A DNA stretch of 64,000 nt, taken from NCBI RefSeq assembly GCF_964204645.1, contig NC_134027.1:16648485-16712484 (forward strand). Reading direction: 5' to 3'. This document shows positions 38,700-51,339 of the stretch, piece by piece. Positions within the stretch are counted from its first letter, which is position 1. The number at the start of each line of letters is the position of its first letter. The stretch comes from Tubulanus polymorphus (taxonomy: Eukaryota > Animalia > Nemertea). Both the position numbers and the translations under genes were made by a program. A model generated the notes under the pieces. It searched no databases and was not told the origin of the DNA. It saw only the letters and a list, made by a program, of their open reading frames with translations.

Positions 38700-38905
38700 T
38701 TGCTGAATCTATGTGGTTACAACGTTGTATTTATCATTGTTTTAACAAGGATTCAATGGTGATTCGACATCTGATCTTTAACATAGTTTCCACATTGTGA
38801 TGTGATGTAGAAACAATTTTCAAATACAACCTTTAATATACTAGATGTCGACGTCGAAAAACAACATGTTATCAACATGGAAATGATATAGACGTGTTTA
38901 CTGGG
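38700..38905. mobile_element. Right terminus of an animal EnSpm/CACTA-type element
   Basis: Ends GACGTGTTTACTGGG (reverse complement CCCAGTAAACACGTC) with subterminal CAACGT/ACATG/GATGT-type repeats; lies downstream of the DUF4806-like gene; left TIR not found. Confidence 0.6.
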
Positions 38906-39235
38906 AATGATTATTGAAAAAGAAAAAAATCTATTAGTCGCAGGTCAGGTCAGTTGGCTGGAAGCACGATTATGTAGGCCAGGACCTGAACTGTTGAGCA
39001 GTAGTTGGCCGACAGAACTTTTTAAAATTTTGAAAATTCTTTAAAATACGACATAAATTGTCCCTAACCCCCCCCCCCTATCATTTTCTTAACGGATCTA
39101 CATCAATCCAAGAATGATAAAAATAGACCTCCAAATGGACCCGAAATCCGCAGATCCGCGGTGGATTTTCATCCCTGCCTGCCACATTAGAACGAGTGCT
39201 CAGCTACATGCGCAGCTTGCATGATGTCATTATTA

Positions 39236-40024
39236 CAGGGATGTGATTTCATTTTTATTAAAAATCCGGAACTCACCTCTTATTGCAGCGAAGCTCCAAT
39301 GAAGCGAGCGCCGTAGGCGTGAAGCATTGGGTGGGGGTCTGGGGGCCCTCCCCCAGGAAAATTTTGAATTTTCATTGCCCTGAGAGCGATTTTAGAGCAT
39401 TTCGGATAAAAACAATGTTCCTAATTCTAACCAGGAAATAGACAACTACTGTCTGTCACACCTACTCTCCGTGCGACGTTTTGGTCCGTAATTTCGTTAA
39501 TAATTGGTTTATCTACCTTTATTACGCATCAATTTGTTCAGTGAGGAATTCGCATTCAGAAATAAACAACAATTTTCACTAAAGTTGTTATTGTTTTCAT
39601 TTATGAGCGATAGTTTACTCGGCATACGCTCGCATTATGCTGAAAAATCCGCTCCGTGGACGCTCGGAAACGTTACAGTGACGTCATCACCTGCTCATTA
39701 GCGTATGAAAATACAGGTGGCGCCACGTGACGGGCCATAAATGCCGTTTTTCAGCATTACGCGAGCGAACACTGTCTATTAATAGCTCGAGGGTCGTCAA
39801 TCGTCGTCGAATTCTGACAGCAGTGCAACCATCCAGCGCAAAAAAGACTTCTGATTGTCCGGTCTTGAACACTTTTATGGCTCATCGGTACCAATCGTCA
39901 GTCAGCAGAGTACCTCACCCCCCCCCCCCCACTTCTCTCAACGGATCTGTGCAAATCCCAGGGGGTCAATATTTTGGTCCCAAAGGCCGGAAATCCGGTT
40001 TAAGCCGGAAAAATCACATCCCTG
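39236..40024. mobile_element. Non-autonomous DNA transposon, CAGGGATG termini, 6-bp TSD
   Basis: 14-bp TIR CAGGGATGTGATTT / AAATCACATCCCTG; TSD TTATTA; an orphan right end of the 14112-type family lies at about 39065-39177. Confidence 0.88.
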
Positions 40025-40199
40025 TTATTAGCCAATCAGATATCCTGTTTCATTTTAGCCTGGGTTTTTTCATTTATATTGCTTCCATGAAATTTACCTC
40101 AGCGATTATACAACGAGCAATCTGATAGGTGTCGCTAGTTTTTGTGCGCCAAAGCTGCGCATGTACCTGCACACCTGGTCAAGTGAGGCAGGGGTTCGT

Positions 40200-40935
40200 G
40201 CCGTGGCTGAGTATGGTTGGGGGATGATAATCCATGACAAAAGAGGTACATGGACATTTTGTTGTAGTTTCAACATTCAATAGATAATTTCTATTAGGAA
40301 TCCTAGCCCTATTCATTTATCTGTCAATTTCGGATTCTTTATAACCTCTTTCAAGGAATTGATATTTAACGACTTTATATCTGTTCTTCATTTGAACATT
40401 TTCCTTTCATACATAGGGCTTTGCTATATGGTGAGCTATTCTTACAGTTTCTAGGATGGCATGATCAATAATCAAAACATAAATGCTTATCTGTGGGGTA
40501 AGAACATAGGTCTGTTATCAAATCACCGGTTTCTGAGTTAGATATATTCATATCTAAACTTTCTACAGAAGAATATGACCTAGCAGTAACTTTGATAAAC
40601 GGATGAAAGGAATTAAAATGGTCTATGAATTCTAACAGTCTCTTTTCTGTGAAAGCACATTGCAAAAATAGCAATTAGGTGTTTCCATAGCCTTGATTTT
40701 ATTTGAACGCTATTATATCTATTTTCAAATATATATGCATGAAAATATGTGTAAACAATGGTTTTAGTTTTGTACCAATAGCAGTACCCAATTTAAGGAG
40801 ATATGATTCATTCATCACCGAAGTTTAAGACATAAGATTTAAAGACCAATACCGTAGCCTTGCATATCACATAATGATCGATATCTTCAAATTTGATAGC
40901 ATCCAGGAATTGCTTTGAAGTTTCTATACCATCCA
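40200..40935 (-). mobile_element. Penelope-like RT fragment
   Basis: GTAIGTK..P..IFM, FIDHFNSFHPFIK.T, LDMNI, TDL.SYPTDKH...Y.SCHP, FLERGY. Confidence 0.8.
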
Positions 40936-41209
40936 GCACTCTTTCACACATTTTTGTATGTATTAACCAAATATGGAGACCATCAATAGAAGCCTCTACA
41001 AGACTTCTCAAAATGACTAGATTATGTCAATAGATGAATGATTATGTCAATGAATGAAAAGCAACCGCAATAGCCCACTGTAACCTAAGTCCTAAGTGGA
41101 TGAAAACCAACATTTCATACCACTAAAACTATATTGCTTTCAAGTAAATGTTCTATGCCATTTGCTGCTTAGTTTCCTCGTCTTATTAGAGTATATAGCA
41201 TTACTTCAC

Positions 41210-41300
41210 CTGAGTTCCTTCATCTGTCTGTGGCTAAAATTCAATGGAACAGCCAATACTGCATCATCTCCATCTCCATCACCATGGGCTTGTGCAGTAC
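41210..41300 (-). CDS. HSPA14: HSPA14 coding exon, 91 bp, phase 1/2
   Basis: ccag|GT ACT...CTC AG|gtgaag; (G)TAQAHGDGDGDDAVLAVPLNFSHRQMKEL(S), the Hsp70 AV.tVP..F...Q motif; phases fit both neighbours. Confidence 0.88.
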
Positions 41301-43877
41301 CTGGTGAAATAGATCAATGAATCGAATCTAATCAACCAGAGTCTTAAGGCAGATATGAAGAATGCCAACGGTTATCCATAAATTAAACCCAAACCAGCAG
41401 ACGGTATAGCAATTATTGGGGGGTTTGGGATGAAGACACAGAAAATGCCAAATTGATCTTTTTTAATCAAATAAGATGAAAACATTGTTCAACATGATGT
41501 TTTTGGCACAATTTCAGAGGGGGTTTCCTGCATCATGCAATTGAAAGAAGATATGATCTCAAGGAAGCAGAATACACGAAGTAATCAAACAACTGCAAGA
41601 TGATTCATCATACATATAGGCCTACGTGGTGACTCAAATACACACCTACCATAAAACATAGGCTTACCTCGGATTGAAAAGAAATCATTATCAATTTTAA
41701 ATACCATACATTGTGTGAACTTGTATGGTGAACATAATATTATATATATTGTGTATGAACTATGTTAGACACCTCCCCCACAACATAGGCCTACCTGGAT
41801 TTAAAATGAATCATCACAATTTTATATACCTTTTACTGCGTGAACGTGTATGCTGAACAATATATTACATATATTGTGTATGATGTTTTTAGACAATTGA
41901 TTTTTGTAAATTAAACGATATTCAAGATTAAAGGCTGACTTTGAGTATGAAAGGCTAATCATCTGTCAGACAAGGCAGTATCTCATGGGGCTGTCAAGAG
42001 CTCCAGCGTGTTGAAACTGGTATTTCCCTAATATCTGTCAGTTAACCGATTTGGACCCTCCTTTTTGTCAAGGATGAGTGAGTGTAAACATGTAATATAG
42101 TCATATCTATGGCTTTAGTTTAAAGGTCAAGTGCCCTCTAACTAGAATATTGTGTAAAACCTATTTTCTAAATGTGATATGTGTATAAATGATAAGTGTG
42201 TTACTAATTTTGTTTTTAGTAAAGCCATAACTGAGAAATAAGACTTTAAAGTCGGCTATTTTCACCAGTTTACCATACACAGCAGGTGCGCATTTGTTGT
42301 GAAAAACCCATGATTGCTGACGTCATTGTAGTCAAACACACATTTCCACGTGCGTTGTACCACTGAAGAATAACTAACTTTTGGTGCGCTTTATGAAATC
42401 GAAGCTATGGCAAACTAATAGATTTGATTGAAAACAATGAACTTAGCTTTATTAGATAAATTTTAAAACAATCCGTGGTGAAATAAGCAGTGTATGTCTG
42501 AAATAATCCAACAGTTTCCAGGCTCAGCCATGCATGGCGTATCAATGCATTCTGAAGCAAACATCCAGATCTACCAACTTTACACCCAAAAAGATCAATT
42601 TCAATTATAACTAATGAATAATTAATCTGAAAGCATTTGGTATCACATTTCACGAGACATCCTTTACTATATCCAGTTACTGGTTACCCCTTGAGATACA
42701 AAGTAGGTGAGACACCTTAAGCTGATATCCCTAAAATTTTAGGGATGCACTAAAAAAATAGGAATTTTATGGCCGTTTGCATGCCTGTAAATGAACCCTA
42801 TTAAATTTGCGTAGTATTAATATCCGCAAAGAAAACAGGGAACTAAAATTATTTGAAATGCTTATATCTAGCGTTTTTCACTGTTGCATACGTACATACA
42901 TACGTACAATTCTTATTAACTGGCCTTCCGTATTTTAGACCGAATACATTATTTCGTGAATAAGTTGCTAATCCAAATACGTTTTCTCCCGGTTGTGCGG
43001 GAATACCGATTGCCGATCACCTATGGTAGATTTCCATCGGTGTTGTCTGACAGTAAGCAATTTCAAGTTTAAAATAGGATATACAGTATATACACAGAAT
43101 CTGCCTGCAGTTTCAGAGCATGATATTTCCATCAGAATTAAACATTTTGTTTAGAAACTGTGAGTTGTCAAATCTGATAGATGAATATCATGTACGAAAA
43201 AAGCAGCCTATAGGCTCATACAGCTCAGCTGTTAAGATTTTACAAGGACCATCTATACAGCACTCTCAAGAGTTCAAATCCAGAAAATGGCTCAATAACT
43301 TTTTAGCCCTTGGCCCAGTATTTACATACCAAGCTTTGTAATGATTGTAGAACTAGTAGCAATTGAAAGATTTTACAAGTGTGACATGTAGAGTGCCCCC
43401 TAGATGTCAGATTGGGAAAATGGCTCAATAACATTTTAGCACTTGGCCAAAAATATTGAAATACCAAATTTCATCAAGATTGGATAATAATTATGGGACA
43501 AGTAGCGATTTAAAGATTTTGAAGATTTAAAGATGGCAACCCTCTTTTTGAGACTTAATATATGTCTTTTAGAAATTCATGCACATTGGTCCTCAAATGA
43601 CACGATGGGACAGTACAATATAAAGGTATTTTCAGCTTTTAACCAGGTGAAAACTGAACGTGCTAGCCTGCCAGGAATAAAGTGGTCTCAAGTGGGTTTG
43701 AAATGACATCATGGCTAAGGATCAAGAATATCGAACCAACAATATTCCCTAATGCAAAACAAGGAATCATGGCTTCCAATCAATTCACCACATAGAGGAT
43801 GCAATCATAGTCATACAATGAAATATTTTTACCTCATTAGAAATTCTCTCATCAAAATTACATAGCTAAGTGCTTAC

Positions 43878-43983
43878 CCATTAATTTCTTGAAGATGAGA
43901 TGAACAATCTGGAGAGGGGAATATAACATTTGCTTTCCCTGGAAATTTATGTCATACATAGGCTGATCATTTTTATCAATTAT
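43878..43983 (-). CDS. HSPA14: HSPA14 coding exon, 106 bp, phase 0/1
   Basis: T-run+cag|ATA...ATG G|gtaagc; IIDKNDQPMYDINFQGKQMLYSPLQIVHLIFKKLM; not in the ORF track. Confidence 0.9.
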
Positions 43984-46621
43984 CTGAAAAAAAAATTGAT
44001 AACTCTATTCTAACCGTTATGCAGACTTGCCACTACTGTGGGAAAAATTATTTTGTAACAGCGAAGCGAGCGTCTAAGGTGCGATGCCATGGTGGGGGCT
44101 TCAGGGGTTCTTCCCCAAGAAATCGATGAAATAAACATCATGACCCAGTTGCACAGTCGTGACTTAAGTCCAAAAGTGGTCTTAAATCTTAAGACTGGTC
44201 TTAAGTTGTTAGATTGGCTATAGAACTAAGTTGGTCTTAGATTTGTCTTAAGTCTAAGCCATGACTATGCAACGGACCCTAAATGTTCACGGTATTCACA
44301 GACCTACAGCGCTAGACACTTATGTTATAGCCTAGAAGTAACATAACTCATAACGCGTCCGGCGAACGTCGCAGACCATTGCATTTTTGTTCTTCGTTTT
44401 AGAAACAAACTAGTTACTACTGCGGTTCAAATTCAACGCGTCTAGCGCGTGTACATCGAATGCACAAATGTATTAATTGCAGCTCCCTTCTTTTCGAGTG
44501 CAACTTCTTGTATTTGAATGACTACATGGTAAAATACACGCAGTGACATTATAAATGCCAAATAGGAGCATTCGAAGTTTTGTTGCACCCATAAGCGTGC
44601 AGCGAAACGCGAAATTCTGAAACGGATGTTCGTCCCTGACGAGTGTCAAACGCGGTCGGAACTAAATGAAAACATATTACAGCACGCGGTTTGCACGATA
44701 TAAAACTAAACGCAAATGAAAACGGAGTTAAGTTTCTCATAGGCTGTATCGTACATTCCATTATCATGTCAAATACAACAGTAGCAACTGTATACAATGG
44801 TAAGAGTTTATTAAATCAAATCACTCCAAAAACAATGAAATACTGCATAAAATGTCAAGCGAAATGACTGGAAGCCACGAGTGTTAATCAGGGATTACGT
44901 CAGAAACACGCACCTGCTAACATAAATAATAACAGTGAGCACATGCTAAAATTACCGATTTAAAGTCATATTTCTCAGTAATGGCTGAACTAAAATTTAA
45001 ACCAGTAGCATATTTGATATTTGTGAAGACATCACATTCTAAGCTTTCTAAGCTTTCCGACGCGTGTCCTTCATCAGAATTTGTTTGGTTGGAACTGTAC
45101 ATCACAGTTTGGTTACTAAGATACAATGATAGTATTGTCAGATATGATACAGATATGATACCAATGATGCTGAGTGGCAATAATAAGCGCACAGCAAGCG
45201 CCGAAGGCGCGAGCTGGAAGCTCCTTAAGTTAGTCGCGCGTGTGAGGCAAATTCAAATTTTGCTATATTTCTCCATACCGTCCATCTCAAAAAGTGTAGT
45301 TTACATCCGGGACACATGGGCATTGGCTAAATCGCTGCAACGAAAATGACGGTCAAGGACGGACTTTCGTCGAAACTTGAGGGCCGCGTCACGCGGGTAG
45401 TTTGAATACGTGAATGAAGGATTACAAAATGATTTTGTGTATTTTTCAGAATATTTACAAAGAATATTCACAATATTATGTCAAAAAATGTTATTTTTAG
45501 GTCGTATTTCTGCGTAGAAACCGATAGGAAGACTGGATTCGAATCCCACAAAAAGCACAGTCCCTTAGCAACGGGTCAAATTTTTTAGAATAACAAGCAC
45601 GCCGCTTTCACAGCATCACTAAGGGTCGAGTCCCTGAAAATAAGGCGCGCGCGCGGTCTGCGTGTTACAAAATGACCGTCCCGCCCCACACAAGTACTGA
45701 ATAATTAACTCAAAATTTTGCCAATCCCTGGGAGTAAAATGCTGCATTTTTTGAGATATCTCATCTTTATATGTCTTTTACTCCCTTCAAACGTTATTCC
45801 CCTTTGCCATTTCGAGTAAACATTACCAACTATTTCGGTCATAATAGTGCAATATCTGGCTGCTGCACTCACTGCCGTTGATTAGTTTTCAATTGTTGCG
45901 GACCTGGTAGCGTAGCGACAGTGATCCGTTTTTTTTCAAAATGGAGTGATTGTTCTTTTTAGAAAACATGACTAAAAAACGTTCACCAGCATAAAACCTT
46001 TTTATTTTCAAGATAGACCATCACAACCTGCGAGAAACTTGTTGGAAATGTTCTGAAGTTTTCATTCATATAAAATATGATAAACAAAAATCTCCTGTCT
46101 TTGCGTAAATTTCGAATTGCCCGCCGACTTACAGCCCCTGAACATTCAAAATATTTTAAAATCACTTTCAACTAGTCACCAGGCCATCGTAAAGCCAACT
46201 TAAAGTGCGATGAAAATTTTGTGAATTCGGGCGTAGTGAGGACTTGACAGTTGAACTCGCATTCTGAACGGGAAAATGGCTTAATTTTCAAATGCAAAAT
46301 AAAATGTCAATATAAAAAGTATTTTCTTCAAATTTGGAAATTACACAGATCGAATGTTCGCAATTTAAAATAATGGAATCTTCTTTCAATCTATATTGCC
46401 ATGCATCACATTCCGATACAATTCGTTTTGAAATACGGTCCTTTCATATTTTAACAGGCACTTTTTAGTTTTGTTGATCGTTGTTCATGAGCATGCGCAT
46501 TGTTGTGTGATCAACAAAGTTGGTAATGATTCGTTTACGCTATAATCCGTATTTAAAATACTGTTGTTCCATTAATTCCGTACCCATGCAACCAGTTGTA
46601 ATACTTAGGAAGAAATCTTTA

Positions 46622-47197
46622 GTGTAAAAACATATAAAACTATTGAAGCCATGAGATTTAATGTAGAAATCTGACATTTTTTGACTACAGAAAAATTTAT
46701 TCTGGTGTAATCGATAAAACAATAGGCTCTCAATATGTAATCAACATTCCCAAACTCCCACGTTGTTTTTCGCAGAAAATGATTTTTTTAAATCTAATCA
46801 CGGGTCCCTTAATTCGCTCGAAGATCTATCATAATTTGGGGCAATTTTCTTTGGCCAAGCCACCGGGTGCCTTCCTTCAGCAAAACCTACATTTTTTACA
46901 ATGTAGAACTAGTGGGAACAAATTTCTTGTGTAAAACATATAAAACTGTTAAAGCTGTTAGTAGAACATATATGACGATACATAGAGATTTATTGTCGTA
47001 TGAAAGATAAAACAAACAAGGCTTTCAATTAGTAATCAACACTCCCAAAGCATGTTTTTTCGCAAAGAATTCCTTTCCTATATTTGATCACGGCGAATCA
47101 TCGCTCATAGACCTTCGATATTTTGGGTCATTTTCTTTGGCCACAGACCACGCCGAACACAGGTGCCCCCGCAAAACCTATGTTTTTTTACAATGTA
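46622..47197. repeat. Two diverged tandem copies of a unit of about 300 bp
   Basis: Collinear blocks GTGTAAAA.CATATAAAA / GTAATCAACA.TCCC / TTTCTTTGGCCA / TTTTTTACAATGTAG each occur twice. Confidence 0.75.
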
Positions 47198-47289
47198 GTA
47201 GAATTCTATGTTAGTTGGGAAGGGCACTCGCCTCTTATTTATTCATTAAAACTTAAGACTGGCTGGGCGCTTCACCAAGTTTCGACTTT

Positions 47290-47504
47290 CACATATTAAT
47301 CTTAATTGTATTACAACTAGTTTAGTTTTGCTATTGATACAAAATTGTTTTTGTGTTCTTAATTTTTTGATCCACAATTTTTCAATGGTCATTCTATAGG
47401 AATCATTTTCATAAAGTTTTTCAATGCCCATGATTGATAGATTGGATACAGAATGGTTTAAAGTGTTGAAATGTTTTGCCATCGGATCATTAGTTTGCGG
47501 CGTT
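47290..47504 (-). mobile_element. Penelope-like GIY-YIG C-terminal fragment
   Basis: PMAKHFNTLNHSVSNLSIMGIEKL...RMTIEKLWIKKLRT....IN. Confidence 0.78.
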
Positions 47505-47693
47505 GCAAATTCAAATTCAATCTTATTGTGCAAACTTTCAGAAAAATACTTTGAAATCACTAATTAATCCTGTTAGAGCATTGAAATTGTATTCTACATG
47601 GATTTTATCACAGGGATTGTATTTTAAACTACTAAAACCGTCGCTAATATATTCCTCAGAAAGTTTGCGCGATAAAATTGAATTTGAATTTGC
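47505..47693. mobile_element. Foldback/MITE-like insertion
   Basis: Inverted arms GCAAATTCAAATTCAAT.TTAT.G.GCAAACTTTC / GAAAGTTTGCGCGATAAAATTGAATTTGAATTTGC. Confidence 0.65.
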
Positions 47694-48883
47694 ATTTGTA
47701 TCTTACCGATTAGTTTTCCGTTTTTCTGCAAATTTTGCTCTCCTAAGCTCAGAATGTTGATTTGATGAATAAATTCTGGTTATGAACAAAATATAAAGTT
47801 TGTGCTTCGATTGATGTATCGTTTTTTGGATTTAGACGCTGAAATCAGCATGAGCTCTTCACTCGAAGTTGAAAGGTAGAGAATTTTTGCCGCCATAGCA
47901 TTTGCCGTACAGGATATTTTGGGATATTTTTTAACAGATTTCATCAAAATCCTTTGGATATTTTAGGAGTTACAGAGAATTTAAATCTCTAATAAGTGTC
48001 TGCATACAAGTTTCCACCCTTTTCTTATTAATATATACAGTACCAGGGATACTGGATGATTTAAGCTACAGTTCACCCCAAAACTTCAAATACGAGCGCC
48101 TGTGTTCTGAATGTCTCAAATCTACTCGTCTGTTTTTATTAATTGTATTTGCTAATTTTTGAAAATTTTGGAGTCCTTCCAACGAGCCTACCCAGATACC
48201 CTGATGTAATGTACAGGGTAGATAGACAACTGACCAGGTCAACTTCAAGCTCATTAGAAATGAGTAACAAGGTATCATTTTTTTTGCCTACGGTTAATTA
48301 TTCTTTTTCAGGCCAATTTCAAGATCATCACCAGCTAAAACTTTTGGCTGTTTACTTTGGGATATTTCTATGGGTCTGTGTTTGATGCTCTATTCAATCA
48401 ATCAGGTTTCAAACTTCACATAACAATGCTTCTGATGAATACCAGTTAAAGCAAAAAAAACTCGAAGATGAAGTAAATGGTTGTATAACTTATTAGAGTT
48501 TATTGAAAATAAATTTTTTTTAAATGACATATTATATTTACAAAACGGAAATAAAAATTACATAAAGGCCTTGTATTTTGTCATCACAAATAAAATTATT
48601 AGCTTTTACAGATAATTCTAAAATATTATTGAACTATTTTTGGGTTTGGACTGAATTTCAATGCCATAGCTGAATGAAACACATGTGATTGAATACCTTA
48701 ATGGGTGACTTTAATGCACTCAAGCGGCATTTATAGATTTAACTTGTTTTTGAACGACTTTTTGAGGTATAAGAATGTAGCCACGTCTACACAAAAATTC
48801 GAGAGAAAGTGGAAATTTCTATGCAAGAACGCATCAAGGCACGAAATATCATTTGCTGTGTCCAGTTTCACTATAAGATTTAA

Positions 48884-49345
48884 CCCTTACAATACCACTA
48901 CCGTATGGCATACGGTACAAATTGGCAAGCTAGCATACCCGTACCGTATGTAATACGGAGTCGCTTAACCCTTCTTCTAGAAGGGTATATCTATCAGTAT
49001 CAGCTGGTGCTGCCATCTACATAAGATCCAAGATGGCAACAGCGAGGAAAAAACAATTTGGCTGGATGAAACGGTTCAGCAGCTCATATATGATGCTGAC
49101 AGTGATGCTGGTGACTTGGAATTTGATAGTGATCAAATTGAGTGACAACGAATATGACAGAAGCAGTTCTGATGATGTCACTGAGTCAGAAAATAGGTTT
49201 ATAGTGCCGGCAATGATTTTGATGATGAAAATGAAATCAGTGGAAATTTTTTTAGACCTTGTTGATACGGTTGTCATGGCAACCGACACAATAACAATAA
49301 TGAAGAACCAGAAACTGTCCATCCTCGAGGTCACATAGATCCAAA
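48884..49345 (+). mobile_element. piggyBac 5' remnant
   Basis: TTAA|CCCTTAC terminus, subterminal palindrome TACCGTATG-G-CATACGGTA, AAGATGGCA start and frameshifted acidic N-terminus (YDADSDAGDLEFDSD). Confidence 0.65.
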
Positions 49346-49754
49346 TAATATGTCTTATTTGTAAGCCCAAAGGGTTATCAACACCATAGTATACAATGTA
49401 TCAGTGTCAAATACATAGGTAACAATTTTCTGAGGCCTGAAATTATACCCCAATGAAACCCCTTACAAAACCAGTTTTTACAGTACTTTAGGATAGATGA
49501 GAAGCAATTATCAGTGTCAATTGTAGACAGGGATTGTCCCAACCAAGGTTTTTATATCAATCAAGATATGGATACAAAAACCCATTTTTTTCGCATGAAC
49601 TGTGAGGCCCTACTGAAAAATGACTACAAAAACAGAACAATTTTTCTGAATGCAATTGCAAGATCCTCTGATGCATAATAGGTACTTAGATCAACCGGTC
49701 AATAGTACCCATGCAAAACGTCGCACAGTTGGTGTCACTGAGGCTGGCTGAGGA

Positions 49755-49980
49755 TTGTTTGTTTGTTTGTCTTTTTGTTTGTTTGGCTTAACATCGTTTG
49801 GATCTTGGTTTCCCAAGACTTACTCTATTGGATTGTTCATTCAACCTCACGACAGAACGGCCCTTGAAGGGTTGCCTGCACAATGTTCGCAGCCAGCCAG
49901 ACTCGAACCGACTTGTCGTCACTCAGCACAGATAGATTCAACACCATCACGCCTTATCTCACTGAGTTACCGAGGCCGCT
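49755..49980 (-). mobile_element. tRNA-derived SINE (copy 3) inside the same host repeat (about 49525-50360)
   Basis: A box GGTAACTCAGTGAG, B box GGTTCGAGTC, (CAAA)n tail; flanks match those of copy 1. Confidence 0.75.
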
Positions 49981-51339
49981 CGATTCAATTCCAAAAAACT
50001 ACAGCAGCGGCAAATAACCATCGCAATGTTGCAAACAACGTGTTGTGGTGTTTAACGCATGGAAAAGATAAGTTATTTTTCCCGGCGCGCATTACAAAGC
50101 CAATCTATCTACCGAGTGCGTAAGGGGCTGCTACCGCCTCGTGAGGGCGGGCAGGAGGTGGGCAGAGCATCTTAAAGTGAAAACTTATCTTAAAACATAG
50201 CCGAACCAATGGAATTTTACAATTAACTGTCAGTCAACTGATTGACAGCGCAACATGGTTGTTCTCAGCGTACTTAACGATGATATTTTCCTCCAATTAA
50301 CAACTCTGGTAAAATTGAAAAAAATTATCAATCTTTATTGGTGATATCTTATCATGGTGGCAGGATCAGCGTCTTACAAGGTTAAATCATTCATCAATAA
50401 TCAAAGGAAGGAATGTTCTAAGGTAAGTGAATACTACGATAGCTGAGCTCTACATTAAAAGCTGTAAAATATGTGCTGAAAATATGAATTGTGTGGACGG
50501 AAATATCATCGGTAAAATCTTATTTCCCGTATTTGATATTGGTAAAACATTTGAAAATCAATTATCTTTTATACCTAGTATAATGTTCTTCAACGTGATA
50601 CCTACCGTTTTTACATCAATCCATGACTCAAATATAAATGAACCGACATTCTGCGAAAAGTGTTCGCACACTAAAACTGACAGAAGTATAGCGTACGTAC
50701 ATAATTATTTCCCGGTGACATGCGCGCAGTATTCCATACTAGGAAATGGGGAAATCCCGGCGCTATACATAGTGGCTGAGTCGTAGTTACGTGGATATGA
50801 TATACTTTAGTATACTCTTCACTGTACAGCTTCGGCAGTTGACGTAGATAGCGGGACCTGTTGCATACAGCACACCATTTGAAAATCAGACACAAAGGTG
50901 AACAAAAACAAACATATTTCAAGTCTTCATGAAGACAAAATTTTAATCATTTTAACGAACGACATTTCATAAAGCGGTAGTATCAATCATCAATCATTTC
51001 TTCAAATCATCCAATCACAATGTCCAAGTGGCATTGTATTGCCCAATTCAAACACATCGTGTGAATCATCTCATATTCAAATCATTACACTGTTTAGGCA
51101 TTAAAATCCGCCAAAAGCATACCCCAAATTCAGATTTTATGCAGATGTAATAAAACAACGGTCCGTAATACATAAGTATTTTAGTACTTTTATTCAACAC
51201 AAAATGCACCAAATGCGATAGGGACTTTAAATTTTAACAGAATAACCGAAATTCCGGATAAAGCTTTGTAACTCAAACAGAACTAAAACCTAACAGAACA
51301 ACTCTATATTTCATTATTCAACAACAGCAGCTTTCAGTG

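Noticed and set aside
44549-45349. Overlapping 80-120 aa ORFs
   Set aside because: No recognisable domain or splice-consistent model; adjacent GCGCCGAAGGCGC motif suggests non-autonomous transposon interior
50427-50922. Cys-containing ORFs on both strands
   Set aside because: No recognisable motif spacing; located between repeats and cannot be supported as coding
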